Shown piece after piece: positions 51,759-63,679 of a DNA stretch of 64,000 bases (its first letter is position 1; each line of letters starts with the position of its first letter). The stretch is taken from assembly GCF_006345805.1 (NCBI RefSeq), contig NC_042999.1, forward strand, positions 112,282,001 through 112,346,000. Direction: 5' to 3'. The stretch is from Octopus sinensis. Taxonomy: Eukaryota. Both the position numbers and the translations under genes were made by a program. The notes beneath the pieces were generated by a model, which was not told where the DNA came from, made no database searches, and worked only from the letters and a program-made list of their open reading frames with translations.

Positions 51759-52874
51759 AGCAAGAAAGTAATTTCGTTTTTCGCAAATAGAGTTACGATT
51801 TTTTAATGACATTTGTCAATGTTATGATTTTTTTTCCTTTTGACATTTGATAGCCGTTACTTTTAGCTTACCTTAGATGCAAATTGCACATAATTTTGTT
51901 TACAGCCGTTAGTTCAGTGTCAATTTTAACATGGAGTGTAAAAATGAACATTTTCGCCATATTTTGCTTTTTTATTTCCGTAAAGGGAAGAAAGCTGCAG
52001 AGGCTCACAAAGAAATATTGAAGTTTATGGTGTTGATTGCTTAACAGAAGGCACATGTCAGAAATGGTTTTAAAAATTGCGTTCTGGAGGTTTTCCCATC
52101 AAAGATGACCAACGTTCTGGTTCACCTACTGAAGTTAATGATGGCCAAATCAAAACCATAATTGAATCTGATTGTCGGGAGATTGCTGAGAGGTTAAATA
52201 TATCACACATAACAATTGAAAACCATTTAAAATGTCTTGGACCCGTAAAGGAGCTTGATATTTGGATCCCACATAAATTGAAAGAGATTCACTTAACACA
52301 ACGAATCAATATTTGCGATATGCATCTCAAACACAATGAAATCGAACTCTTTTTGAAACGTATCATCACTGGATATCAAAAATGGATTGTCTGCAATAGC
52401 ATTAATCTAAAATGGTCATGCTCCAGCGTAATGAACCCCCCACAAACCACATTGAAAGCTGAATTGCGTCAAAAAAGGTCATGCTGTTAATTTGGTGGGA
52501 TTACAAAGATGTTGTGTATGTTGAGCTGCTTCCAAGGAACCAAACGATCAATTCAGATGTTTACTGTCAACAACTAATGAAACTGGGGGAAGCAATCAAA
52601 GAAAAACGACCAGAATTGGCACATCGTAAAGGAATCGTGTTTCACTATGACAACGCTGGGCTACACGCGTCTTTTGCGAACTCCTGAAAAATTATTGGAC
52701 CCTGGTTGGGAGTAATGTCACATCCACCATTTTGAAGTACAGAATCATGAAGTTGCTAGAAAGGTCATCTAACAAAATGAACGATATGTAATTGATTATA
52801 AAGTTCATTCTTTGTTTGAAAAAAATTACTTCCATTCCACACTAAAAAACGAAATTACTTTCTTGCCAACCGAA
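51752..52874 (+). mobile_element. Defective mariner, mellifera-subfamily-like, 1123 bp, inserted in a (TA)n tract
   Basis: 31-bp TIRs TTGGATTAGCAAGAAAGTAATTTCGTTTTTT versus the reverse complement TTCGGTTGGCAAGAAAGTAATTTCGTTTTTT (3 mismatches); TA on both sides. Confidence 0.93.
51931..52800 (+). pseudogene. Mariner transposase pseudogene lacking the third catalytic Asp region
   Basis: MECKNEHFRHILLFYFRKGKKA, LDIWIPHKL, KRIITG, WWDYK, FHYDNA. After HPP the sequence jumps to the C-terminal IMKL..R region, a deletion of roughly 150-170 bp. Confidence 0.9.
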
Positions 52875-53051
52875 TATATTATATATATGTGTATAAATAT
52901 ATACCACACACACACGTATATATATATATACATGCACTTATTATACATATACATAGTTATATATATATAGTGATATATATAGATATATATATGCATGTGT
53001 GTATATATATGTGTGTGTGTGTATTTATATATGTATAAATATATATATATG

Positions 53052-53094
<43 letters not shown>

Positions 53095-53121
53095 ACATGT
53101 ATATATATTAATAAATATATG

Positions 53122-53155
<34 letters not shown>

Positions 53156-53704
53156 AGCCTTGTTTATAGAACAAACATTAAATTTGGGTCAACGACTTTA
53201 CGTACAACACCACCCCTCAAACATTTAATCATCTATAAAAATTACCATGGTTTTTCAAACACATAAAAAATAATACATATACATAAAATCACAGAAGGTA
53301 AAAATATCATCGAAAAAAATACAAATAAAAAGGCCTATCAAAAAGTTAAATGTACACGACTAAAAATTCATAAACTACCATAAAACCTAATAGACAAATA
53401 TATAATAAATAAAGATAAAAATAAAAATAAATGTCCACCGACTAAAAAAGTTTTTTCAGACGATTAAAATATTTTTTCAAAATTAAAAAAGATTTTTTTA
53501 ATATTAGTAAAAAGTCTTATACTTCCCTCACACAAGTACGTCCAAAGTTCAAAATTAACATACTGATAGCAGACTTAGTTAGAATAATGAACAATGTGTC
53601 CCCGTTATGCGAACCCCATGAAACAAAAACACATAAACAGAACTTCATGCACCAAAATACAAAATATTTCTCATGTTTTATTACTATAGAAAGGAAGTGT
53701 ACAA

Positions 53705-53753
<49 letters not shown>

Positions 53754-54298
53754 TCTCTCCCTCCCTCTCTCTTCCATTCTTTCTCAAACTTTCTAATCTT
53801 TGAAACTGGAAATTACTTTTAAAAGAAATGATAACAATTTGGATGAGCTGCATAACCATAATTAAATCATGAGGTAACATGAAAATATTTTACATTCACC
53901 TCCAAAGAAAAACAAAATAGCCAAATTGCTAGAACTTGTTGGCATCATCTTATAACAGTGTTTAGTGGCATCTCCATTCTTCAGTTTTTGTATCAAGGTT
54001 TATTAGTTTTAGAGGATTTGGAAAGACAGTGACGATGATTACAGAAAGCAAAATATACATGTCTGAGTAAATGTGAAGCCTCGTTACTGAAATTGTGAAT
54101 TAGTAAAATTGCCAGAGCATAAAATAACAAGATTTTTCAGTAGGTGTTCCAGCTCTTTACTCCCTGAGTTAAACTTCTATTGAAATCAACTTAGCCTTTC
54201 ATCCTTTCAGGTTTGATAAAATAAAATATCAACTTATGAGTGTGGATTAGTGGAACTGTCAGTGTCAGATGAGATTCTTTGTAATATTTGTTCTGACT

Positions 54299-54512
54299 AA
54301 GGCGGCGAGCTGGCAGAAACATTAGCACACCAGACAAAATGCTACTCAGCATTTTGTCTGTCTTTACATTCTGAGTTCAAATTCTGCCGAGGTCGACTTT
54401 GTCTTTCATCCTTTCAGTGTCGATAAATTAAGTACCAGTTGCATACTGGGATCAATCTAATTGATTGGCCCCCTCCGCCAAAATTTTGGGCCTTGTACCT
54501 AGAGTAGAAAAG
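54299..54512 (+). mobile_element. SINE family B, young copy nested in an older SINE
   Basis: AAGGCGGCGAGCTGGCAGAAAC...CTAGAGTAGAAAAG, bounded by copies of AATATTTGTTNTG(A/T)CT. Confidence 0.85.
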
Positions 54513-54528
54513 AATATTTGTTTTGACT

Positions 54529-54688
54529 AAGGCAGCAAGCTGGCAGACTCATTAGTACACTGGGCAAACTGCTTAGTGACATTTCATCTGTCTTCGTGTT
54601 CTGAGCGCAAATTCTGCCAAGGTTGACTTTGTCTTTCATCCTTACCACCTCATCCAAAATTGTTGGCCTTGTGTAAAAACTTGAAACC
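54529..54688 (+). mobile_element. SINE family B, second nested copy with internal deletion
   Basis: AAGGCAGCAAGCTGGCAGAC...TTGAAACC, bounded by the same 16-mer. Confidence 0.8.
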
Positions 54689-55573
54689 AATATTTGTTAT
54701 GTCTCTTTGCATTCTGAGTTCAAATTCCACCACAGTAATCTTCTGCCTGTTTTTACACAACCAACTGGTCCCTGGATGATTTCTATGGAGTTTGCTTGGT
54801 TGCAGCCTTGCTGTCCAGATCTCTGATATCAGAATAAATACCTACCTTCCTATTGTCAGTCCTGGAAACTCTGAAAGAATAAAGCACCCTAGGTACTACC
54901 ATTCCCTTCTGGATAAAAAAAAAAAGAAGAAAAAGTTCTATTCATAAATGCATTCTTCACTGTTGATGGGTTCCTCTATGGTCCTCATAAAATCATTCAA
55001 TTCAGACACAAACACATAGTATACACCATTCAGAAACATGCACACAAACAACACACAACAAAAACACATACACACACATATACAGATATAGGCACAGATA
55101 TGCATACACACATATATACTAATATATACATGTATAAACACATAGACACACAACATAATATATACAGGCACATTCAGAAACATGCTCACTCACTCACACT
55201 TGTATATGAAAACATAGATAAGCACACACATATATGTACTCACAAACAATATGTACACACACACATGGAAGCACACACACACACAAACATACATATAACC
55301 ACATGTAAACTTGCATACAAAGTTGCAAGCATGTGCTTGTACACACACACACACACACACACACAATCACACACAAATAGATATGTTCATACACTCAAAC
55401 ATACACAAACAAGCACAATATGTACAGACACCCTCAGAAATACTTTCATAATTCTACACAAATATACATTCAGAAGCCTGCACACACACATACACACACG
55501 TGCATGCAGAAATATACATACATGCACACACATACACAAGCATACACATGTAACCACATACATAATTATGAAC

Positions 55574-55653
<80 letters not shown>

Positions 55654-56411
55654 CTATGGAAACTTACAAAATAATCTCATATATATAACAACTACATATA
55701 CATACATGTACATAAACATACACACAGAAACCTGCACATATACAAACATATACAGGTATATATAACTACACATGTACACACACACAAACACATGCTCAAT
55801 CATATACAAACATATTGCATATACATTCTCATTATTATACAGAGACACACAAAAATACAACACACCCACAGACGCTAATATGCTGCCAGTCCTAATCAGC
55901 ACCAAGAATTGGTTCCAGAATTTGAAGACGAGTGCTTTCTCTTGGAGAAATTACAAGGAATAATCTATAAATGGAATGAACTTATAAATGAATAACAGTT
56001 GCAATTGAATTAAAACAACCTCTAATCCAGATTAGAGCTGATGATATTGACAGTGTATATTGGATTCTGTAGCAATTGCCTTACTAAAAGGTAATCTTCA
56101 GTGCTAACAATATTGTCTCAAAGTTTTAATAAGACGAAAGACAATTATATCATTGCTCTTCTCTAAAACTGTAAATAGTTTCACTGCAGACACTTGTCTC
56201 TGGTTAAATGTTGGTGTTTATGAGTGTGTGTCTATACACACACACATATATAACAATATATGTATGTATTATATATATATGTGTGTGTGTGTGTGTGTAT
56301 TAATGCTTGTTTTTATGTTCACTTGTAATGAAAAAACAATTTTACATTAATCTGATGGGTTACTCTATACTTTTCTGGAGTACAACTTTATCATTCATAT
56401 ACAAGAATGTT

Positions 56412-56503
56412 GTTGACAGTAACTTCAAGTTTCGACCGGCTAAGCCATCATCAGACAGTCTGACGATGGTTTGACTGACCAAAACTTTGAAGTTAATGTC
56501 AAC
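56412..56503. repeat. About 92-bp imperfect palindrome carrying hammerhead-core-like motifs on both strands
   Basis: Centre TCAGAC-A-GTCTGA at 56457. Minus arm CTGATGA-T-GGC(TTAGCCG)GTC-GAAAC; plus arm CTGACGA-T-GGT(TTGACTG)ACC-AAAAC. Confidence 0.65.
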
Positions 56504-56638
56504 ATTAAGAATAATTCCTATATATATATAGAATAGCCAATGAGAATGTATTGTAGATCTTCGCCCCAACATTCGAAACTCCAAGTACTGTAATGACAAC
56601 TTAATGTTTGTTCTAAATTATATCATACATATATATAT

Positions 56639-56685
<47 letters not shown>

Positions 56686-56687
<2 letters not shown>

Positions 56688-56945
56688 CATCATCATCATC
56701 ATCATTTAGCGTCCGTTTTCCATGCTAGCATGGGTTGGACGGTTCAACTGGGGTCTGGGAAGCCAGAAGGCTGTACCAGGCCCAGTCTGATCTGGCCATG
56801 TTTCTACGGCTGGATGCCCTTCCTAACACCAACCACTCTGTGAGTGTAGTGGGTGCTTTTACATACCACCAGCACAGGTGCCAGACGAGGCTGGCAACGG
56901 CCACGATCGGATGGTGCTTTTTACGTGCCACCGGCACGAGGCCAA
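56686..56945 (-). mobile_element. RTE LINE 3' UTR and tail, well preserved
   Basis: (CAT)n-TTAGCGTCCGTTTTCCATGCTAGCATGGGTTGGACGG...GGATGCCCTTCCTAACACCAACCACTC...GGTGCTTTTTACGTGCCACCGGCACGAGGCC. Confidence 0.85.
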
Positions 56946-56955
56946 TATATATATG

Positions 56956-56987
<32 letters not shown>

Positions 56988-56990
56988 ATA

Positions 56991-57029
<39 letters not shown>

Positions 57030-57153
57030 TATATATATATATGTATATATATATATGTAATATATATATATGTATAATATATATATATGTATATATATAT
57101 ATGTATATATATATATGTATATATATATATATAGTAAATATATATATATGTAT

Positions 57154-57185
<32 letters not shown>

Positions 57186-57211
57186 TATATGTTATATATA
57201 TATATGTATAT

Positions 57212-59803
57212 CTGCCCAATGTCAGATGGCCCGAGGGCCTTTCTCTCCCAGGAATGACAAGATGTGAACGAGGACAGGCGAGGTCCCTCCTGAACCTCAT
57301 CAACACCCTGTACATGGAGCAGGTAATACTCCAACCAACCAGGGCAGGTAACACACTGGATCTCTGCTTCACAAATGACATGGATCTCATCCATAATGTG
57401 AAAGTGACACCGACACTACTCTCGGATCACAACATGATAGAGCTGACCATGTACGGGCCAAAAGAGAGCACGGACATGCAGCCTACAAGAAACCCTCAAA
57501 ATCTTTCCAGCTTGAACTACCATAAGGCAAACTGGAAACAAATTGAGAAAGAGATCCTCAAACAAAACTGGCCTAAATGTCTCTCCTCGCCAGACATCGA
57601 CGTGAAACTTCAACAATTCATGTCTGTAATGCAAGCCATATGCTACAAATGTGTCCCAGAGAGAAAGGCCACTGTACACAAGAACAAAATCCCCAGAGAG
57701 AGGAAAATTTTAATGAGACGGCGTACGAAATCGCCTAAACAAACAGATTGAAAGCAGTGAAAAGTCCCGCCTAAAAATAAAACTGTTGGAAATCGAAAAA
57801 TGTCTGCAACTCTCCCATGAAAAAGAAAGAGCAGACAAAGAAGCCTGGGCTATAGAAAACATAAAATCTAACCCCAGAGCTTTCTACAGGTATGCCAAAG
57901 AAACAGCTACAGTGCACTGTAGAATAGGGCCACTCCTCGAAAAGGATGGCACACTTACAGGAAAACCAATGAGGGTAAGTGAAATACTGAATGAGCAATT
58001 CAAGAGTGTTTTCACTCCACCCCTTGGGCATCTCCAAATCACCAATCCAACTGACTTTTTTACCACTGCAGATATAAAATCAGAGGCGGCGACGATAGAT
58101 TACATCGATATAAGGAAGACGATGTAACCAAGGCTATAGATGAAATGAAAACAGACTCAGCTACTGGCCCCGATGGATTCCCGGCAATCTCCTAAAAGCA
58201 TGTAAGAGAGTCCTAGCAAGACCACTGCAGTTCCTCTTTCAGAGCTTCCTTGCAGCTGGCAAACTTCCAGGAAAACTGAAGGAAGGTAAAATATGCCCCA
58301 TTCATAAAGGAGGTAGCAGAGCGGAAGCCAAGAACTATAGACCTATCTCTCTGACCTCACACATCAGCAAGGTCATGGAACGAATAGTCAGAAGGAAGCT
58401 GATCACCTTCCTTGAAGAGAATGACTTGCTGCCCGACACCCAACATGGTTTCCGACCAGGGAGAAGCTGTTTAACTCAGCTCCTACAACACTATGACTGG
58501 GTGCTGAAACGGCTGCTCAACCACTCAAATGTGGAAGTGATATATCTCGACTTTGCAAAGGCCTTTGATAAAGTCGATCATGGAATGATATGTCACAAAC
58601 TGCGTGATCTCAACATAGTTGGAAAACTGGGAGAATGGCTTCATGACTTTCTGAAGGATAGAAGTCAGGTGGTAGTAGCCAATGGGGCCACCTCCATTAA
58701 CACACAAATAGTGAGCGGTGTTCCGCAGGGCACTGTTCTGGGACCACTACTGTTCATAATGGCCCTCTCAGACATGCCCTCAGCCACGCAGAGAGCCACG
58801 ATCACAAGTTATGCAGATGATACAAAAGTTTCACAGGCAATACAGAACCCTGAGGACACTAAACACCTGCAATGTGAGCTGGACGAAATATACAAGTGGG
58901 CTGAAAAGAATAGCATGCAGTTCAATGCTGGAAAGTTTCAAGCTTTATACTATCAGCATGCAAAACTGAATGCAATACCCAATGAATACACTGGACCCGG
59001 AGGGATTGCAATCCCAGAGGCACAATCAGTGCGTGACCTAGGTATTCACATGAGTGATGACGCGACCTTTCATGTACATGTTGCTAAACTGACAATGAAA
59101 TGTAGACGGCTGGCTGGATGGATTCTTAGAACCTTTAGAACAAGAGAACAAAAAACCATGATGGTCCTCTGGAAGACACTTGTCCTAAGCCACTTTGACT
59201 ATTGCTCTCAGCTATGGTCACCATCCAGTGTCAAGTTGATCACAGAACTTGAGGCGATCCAACGAAGCTACACAAAGAAGATAGCCTCTATGCAGAATGT
59301 AAGCTACTGGGAAAGACTCAAGAGATTAAAATTATATTCTCTGGAGCGTAGGCGGGAAAGATATGCCATAATATACATCTGGAAGATCCTGGAGGGAAGT
59401 GTCCTGAACTTTGGCATCGAGAGTTACGCAAATGCCAGAACTGGGCGCCACTGCGTGGTGCCTAGGACTCCAAACCTGCCATCAAGATGTAGGACAAGAT
59501 TCTGTGATAGCCTGGGCTTCCGAGGCCCACAGCTCTTCAATATCCTCCCGAAGAACCTGAGAGACCTGCATGGGGTGGATACAGATGTCTTTAAAATGAA
59601 GCTGGATCTCTTCCTGTCAGGTGTCCCAGATGAACCAACTTCACGGCAGGAGGGGCAGATGAGGGCAGCTGCATCGAACTCTCTCATGCACCAAATAGCA
59701 GTTGCTAGAAAGCCTCCATGAAGTGAAACCAAGTAGCAACACCAAATGGCGGTTGCCCCAGCATGGCCACAGCTCATAAGCTGAAACTAGAATCAATCAA
59801 TCA

Positions 59804-59805
<2 letters not shown>
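57212..59805 (+). mobile_element. 5'-truncated CR1-group LINE (end of APE endonuclease, RT, 3' tail (ATCA)n), inserted in (TA)n
   Basis: APE motifs [14 protein letters not shown] and LSDHNMI; RT motifs QHGFRPGRSCLTQL, YLDFAKAFDKVDH, SGVPQGTVLGPLLF, YADDTK. Frameshifts or stops near 57750, 58130 and 58193. Confidence 0.93.
58375..59721 (+). CDS. Open 448-aa reverse transcriptase segment of the CR1-group ORF2 (part of a disrupted ORF)
   Basis: ORF track; RT motifs as above. Upstream ORF2 is broken, so it is unlikely to be autonomous. Confidence 0.8.
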   Translation: MERIVRRKLITFLEENDLLPDTQHGFRPGRSCLTQLLQHYDWVLKRLLNHSNVEVIYLDFAKAFDKVDHGMICHKLRDLNIVGKLGEWLHDFLKDRSQVVVANGATSINTQIVSGVPQGTVLGPLLFIMALSDMPSATQRATITSYADDTKVSQAIQNPEDTKHLQCELDEIYKWAEKNSMQFNAGKFQALYYQHAKLNAIPNEYTGPGGIAIPEAQSVRDLGIHMSDDATFHVHVAKLTMKCRRLAGWILRTFRTREQKTMMVLWKTLVLSHFDYCSQLWSPSSVKLITELEAIQRSYTKKIASMQNVSYWERLKRLKLYSLERRRERYAIIYIWKILEGSVLNFGIESYANARTGRHCVVPRTPNLPSRCRTRFCDSLGFRGPQLFNILPKNLRDLHGVDTDVFKMKLDLFLSGVPDEPTSRQEGQMRAAASNSLMHQIAVARKPP

Positions 59806-60205
<400 letters not shown>

Positions 60206-60398
60206 ATGGATGAGTGTATTTTCCCTTGTTAACAATTAACATGGAAAAAATAAATAGTTACCAGGGTAGCAAAAAATGACAGAAGTAGAGAGGTTGTAAC
60301 AAGTGAATAGGTCGAAATATGTGTCGGAAGTAAATGTATTTGAATTATACCAGTGTTAAACTCCATTTATTTATTTATATATATATACATATTATATA

Positions 60399-60637
60399 TG
60401 AGGAGCTTACTCTCAAAACTGGTATAAGTGCATATTTGGTTGATTTCATGATAACCATTAAAACACAAGCTGCATGAAATGTCAGTCAGTTTTCAGTCAA
60501 ACTGGGATAGATGCCATACAGACAGTAGGCGAATCTTTGTCTTCCAATCAAAATCAGATATATTCAAGTTGTTGTTTTAAACACTTATTGAAAAGTCATT
60601 CTAATGCATATATCGGGTTTTGAAAGTAAGCTCCTCA
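60399..60637. mobile_element. Tc1/mariner-type MITE, 239 bp
   Basis: TIRs TGAGGAGCTTACTCTCAAAACTGG versus the reverse complement TGAGGAGCTTACTTTCAAAACCCG; TA at 60397-98 and 60638-39; no ORF. Confidence 0.8.
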
Positions 60638-60779
60638 TATATACATATACATATATATATATTGATTTGATTTTGATTTTTCCAGTTTCAGTTAATGAGG
60701 TGTGGGCATGCTGGGGCATATATATATATATATAAGAGAGCAAAATGTAATTACGCTGCAATATATATATATATAAAAA

Positions 60780-61450
60780 TACAAAATGGGACAAGAACAC
60801 AAGACATCCAAACAGTTAGGTGATACAAAAAAGGGACAACAAAACATCCAGATAGACGATACAAAGAAAACAAGGACGGGTCCTTGGAGTTTTCTTTCCT
60901 CAGTCGAGTTCCAGATTATTTTTGCAATTTTGGCTGGTTATACTCGAGTTTGCTCCAATATGACCAGCCCCAAGGAAAAATTAAGCTAAGAGCATCAGAT
61001 TCCTTGGAAGAAAGCAGCGAATGTATATGAAAACAAGGACTGGAAAAAAACGGAGAATGTTACACAAATACAAATAACAGGACATAACAACAGGTGTCCT
61101 TTGACTAAGGACGAATTAAATTAAGCTGGCGTGTGTGGAAATAAAGCCTTACAGCAGGGATACAAGATTTCACAGACACAGGAAGGAATATAGATGTTGC
61201 ACAGATGACAGCAAAACCAAGAAAGAAAGATCAGGCTTAGCCGAACACCAGTCATGTGGGGAGAGAAGAGAGGGAGGTAGAGGCAGAGGGACAGAAGAAT
61301 TAAGGAGGGGTGAGAAAAAATGGCATGGACACAGTGAAGTGAAAAGAGGAGGGAGAGTTAGCATGAAGAGAAGGCAAGGAAATATGAGATAAGGAGAATG
61401 AAAGAACAAAGAGTGGAAGGAACAAATAAGCATGAAAGGGCTGATAGAAA
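60780..61450. mobile_element. Interspersed repeat, probably Penelope-like
   Basis: Non-coding, bounded by (TA)n, with a purine-rich 3' part; resembles an abundant octopus repeat as I recall it. No diagnostic protein motif seen. Confidence 0.35.
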
Positions 61451-61524
61451 GAAAGAATAGAGTTGTACAAGATTTAGATAAATATATACTTACATATAAG
61501 GGACCAAAGTGTACATATATATAC

Positions 61525-61574
<50 letters not shown>

Positions 61575-61914
61575 TTAGAGATAAAACCACTATTATGCAA
61601 CTCAAACAGTGATATACATAAACCAATACATAAATAACAAATAATATATATTTTTATAAAACATGTAACTTATAACTAGATCTCATAAACTATATAATGA
61701 ACGATCAATATTATGATATAATAAGTAAAAACACTATGTATGTTTCATGGCTACAATTAAATTCGAATTACAATTAAGTTTAAATTCAATTGAAATAAAT
61801 TCGATTTAAAATTATAGTCAAACTGTTTCTGTTTCTCTGTCTCACTCTAACTTTTCACCATCTAACACAATATCACATCCTTCAATGCCCCCTCCTCTCT
61901 CAAAAGATTTTTTG

Positions 61915-62223
61915 TCTTGCACGTTACTTGGTGACCCTATCAATGCAGGTGCCCCTTAAAAAGCATCCATTCCAAATTTTAAAGTGGTTGACATTTGGAA
62001 GGGTATCCAAGTGTAAAGACTTGCCAAAACTGACCTCACCTGTGCTTGTGCTACGTAAAAAGCACTAAGTCCACTCTGCTGAGTGGTTGATGTTAGGAAG
62101 GGCATCCAGGCATCCAGCTGTAAAAATCCTGCCAAAACAGTCACAGAAGTCTGATGCAGGCTTCTGTCTGGCTGGCTTCTGTCAAACCTTCCCACTCATG
62201 CCAGTATGGAAAGTGGATGTTAA

Positions 62224-62270
<47 letters not shown>
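61915..62270 (+). mobile_element. RTE LINE 3' UTR and tail with a partly duplicated internal motif
   Basis: GTAAAAAGCAC...CACTCTGCTGAGTGGTTGATGTTAGGAAGGGCATCCAG...CATGCCAGTATGGAAAGTGGATGTTAAATGATGATGAT. Confidence 0.8.
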
Positions 62271-62489
62271 ATATGTGAGTTATTTGAAAAAATCTGGAGT
62301 TGAAAATTCTGCCTACCTGCTTTTTCTTATTATATAAAACTTGTACACCACTTCAAACAATCTACATATATTCATTTATATATGCACACACATATAGAGT
62401 AGAGGGGGTCTCTGAAAGGGATCTCAGGGATGTGCTAATTTTCCACCACATTTTTTAAAAATCATGGTAGAGGCCTTGGTTTTGGGACC

Positions 62490-62737
62490 ACTCATGTCTA
62501 GAAACTCAGGTTGGGAGTAAGCAAGGGCATGCTGCCTGTAGAAAATCCAGCTCCAAAAACAGCCTCATGATAGCAAAGGAGAATGGGCACCAGCCAGCCT
62601 AAAGGTTGGAGTAGGCTGCACCTGCCTATCTTGGCTGCTACAGCATTGAGGTAGTTCCAGCCACCCCTGTTAACAGGGACAAAACCCAGATTTAAAACAC
62701 TGGATGAGGATGATGACACATAGATACACACACATGT

Positions 62738-62773
<36 letters not shown>

Positions 62774-62940
62774 GCATGATATTGATATGTATATGTATAA
62801 CAAGTTTCTGCCCCTCCAAATTCCACTCAAAAAGTATTGATTCCCTAAATGTTGAGAAGACACTTTTCCAAGGTTCCATGCAGTAGAATCAAACCCAGAA
62901 CTGAATGCTTCTGAATCAACCCATTTAACCACATTTCCAA
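62490..62940. mobile_element. Composite: 3' tail of a second RTE-like family (plus, ending GATGAGGATGATGA) followed by a SINE family A head (minus, about 62800-62940)
   Basis: TTGGGAGTAAGCAAGGGCATGCTGCCTGTAGAAAATCC parallels the RTE tail; AAATTCCACTCA...GAAGACACTTTTCCAAGG...GAATCAAACCCAGAAC parallels 4425-4545. Confidence 0.55.
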
Positions 62941-63631
62941 GGAGGCAAATCTCCCTTCCTCCTGGACAGACTGCTATTCTACTCCTGCTTAGCTCTCTTG
63001 GCACAATATTGTATATTATTTTCATACTAAGCAAACAGAGAAATAGAACGTGCTCTGTAATTTACCATCTAATTGCTCAATATATTGCTTAATGTATAAC
63101 ACATATTCAGAACTCTTCTTCTTACTGGCACCAAGTATAAGTGATGCAAACTGACACATTGGCACTTAATCAAGTAACCTCCTACATGGTCTTTATCACC
63201 ACTTCCAACCACTACCTCTTGTTATTAATCTCAAACATTTAAGCTCTGATCAATTGCACAATTTCATCAGATGCTATTTGAAATAAGGATATTATTAAAT
63301 TAAAACTGTCATGAGAAAGAGGAAGCTGGGGAGCTTGAATATTTATTTATATTCAGCCTGCGATAGACATGATGGGAACAAATTCAGACGATTTCTAAAA
63401 ATATGATAAAAAAAAAAGAGAAGATAGCAATAATAATAAAAAAAGATAGTAATAGTTTTAATAAATAAATAAATATATTTCTAAATTACCATTTATTGTC
63501 ACAGACAAAATTAATGGGAAATTTCTTGGTGCCATTTGAATCTTAAGGTTACACATTTCATAACAATCTTGAAACATTGGAACAAAACAAAAAACAAAAA
63601 AAAACAAATTTAAAAACAAACCAAAAAGAAA

Positions 63632-63679
<48 letters not shown>

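Noticed and set aside
53100-53560. Very A-rich irregular stretch (also 63540-64000)
   Set aside because: No structure or ORF; looks like low-complexity DNA or poorly polished long-read consensus.
54846-54870. 25-nt minus-strand micro-exon candidate (TTCTTTCAG / GTAGGT)
   Set aside because: Strong signals but isolated and on the strand opposite the other candidates; shows how easily chance exons arise here.
55875-55995. Open frame QHQELVPEFEDECFLLEKLQGIIYKWNELINE* as a possible terminal exon
   Set aside because: No adequate polypyrimidine acceptor, and it sits directly after a CA microsatellite.
60868-60912. Minus-strand CTGAGGA motif as a hammerhead
   Set aside because: No GAAA after a convincing stem II and no stem I pairing in this copy.
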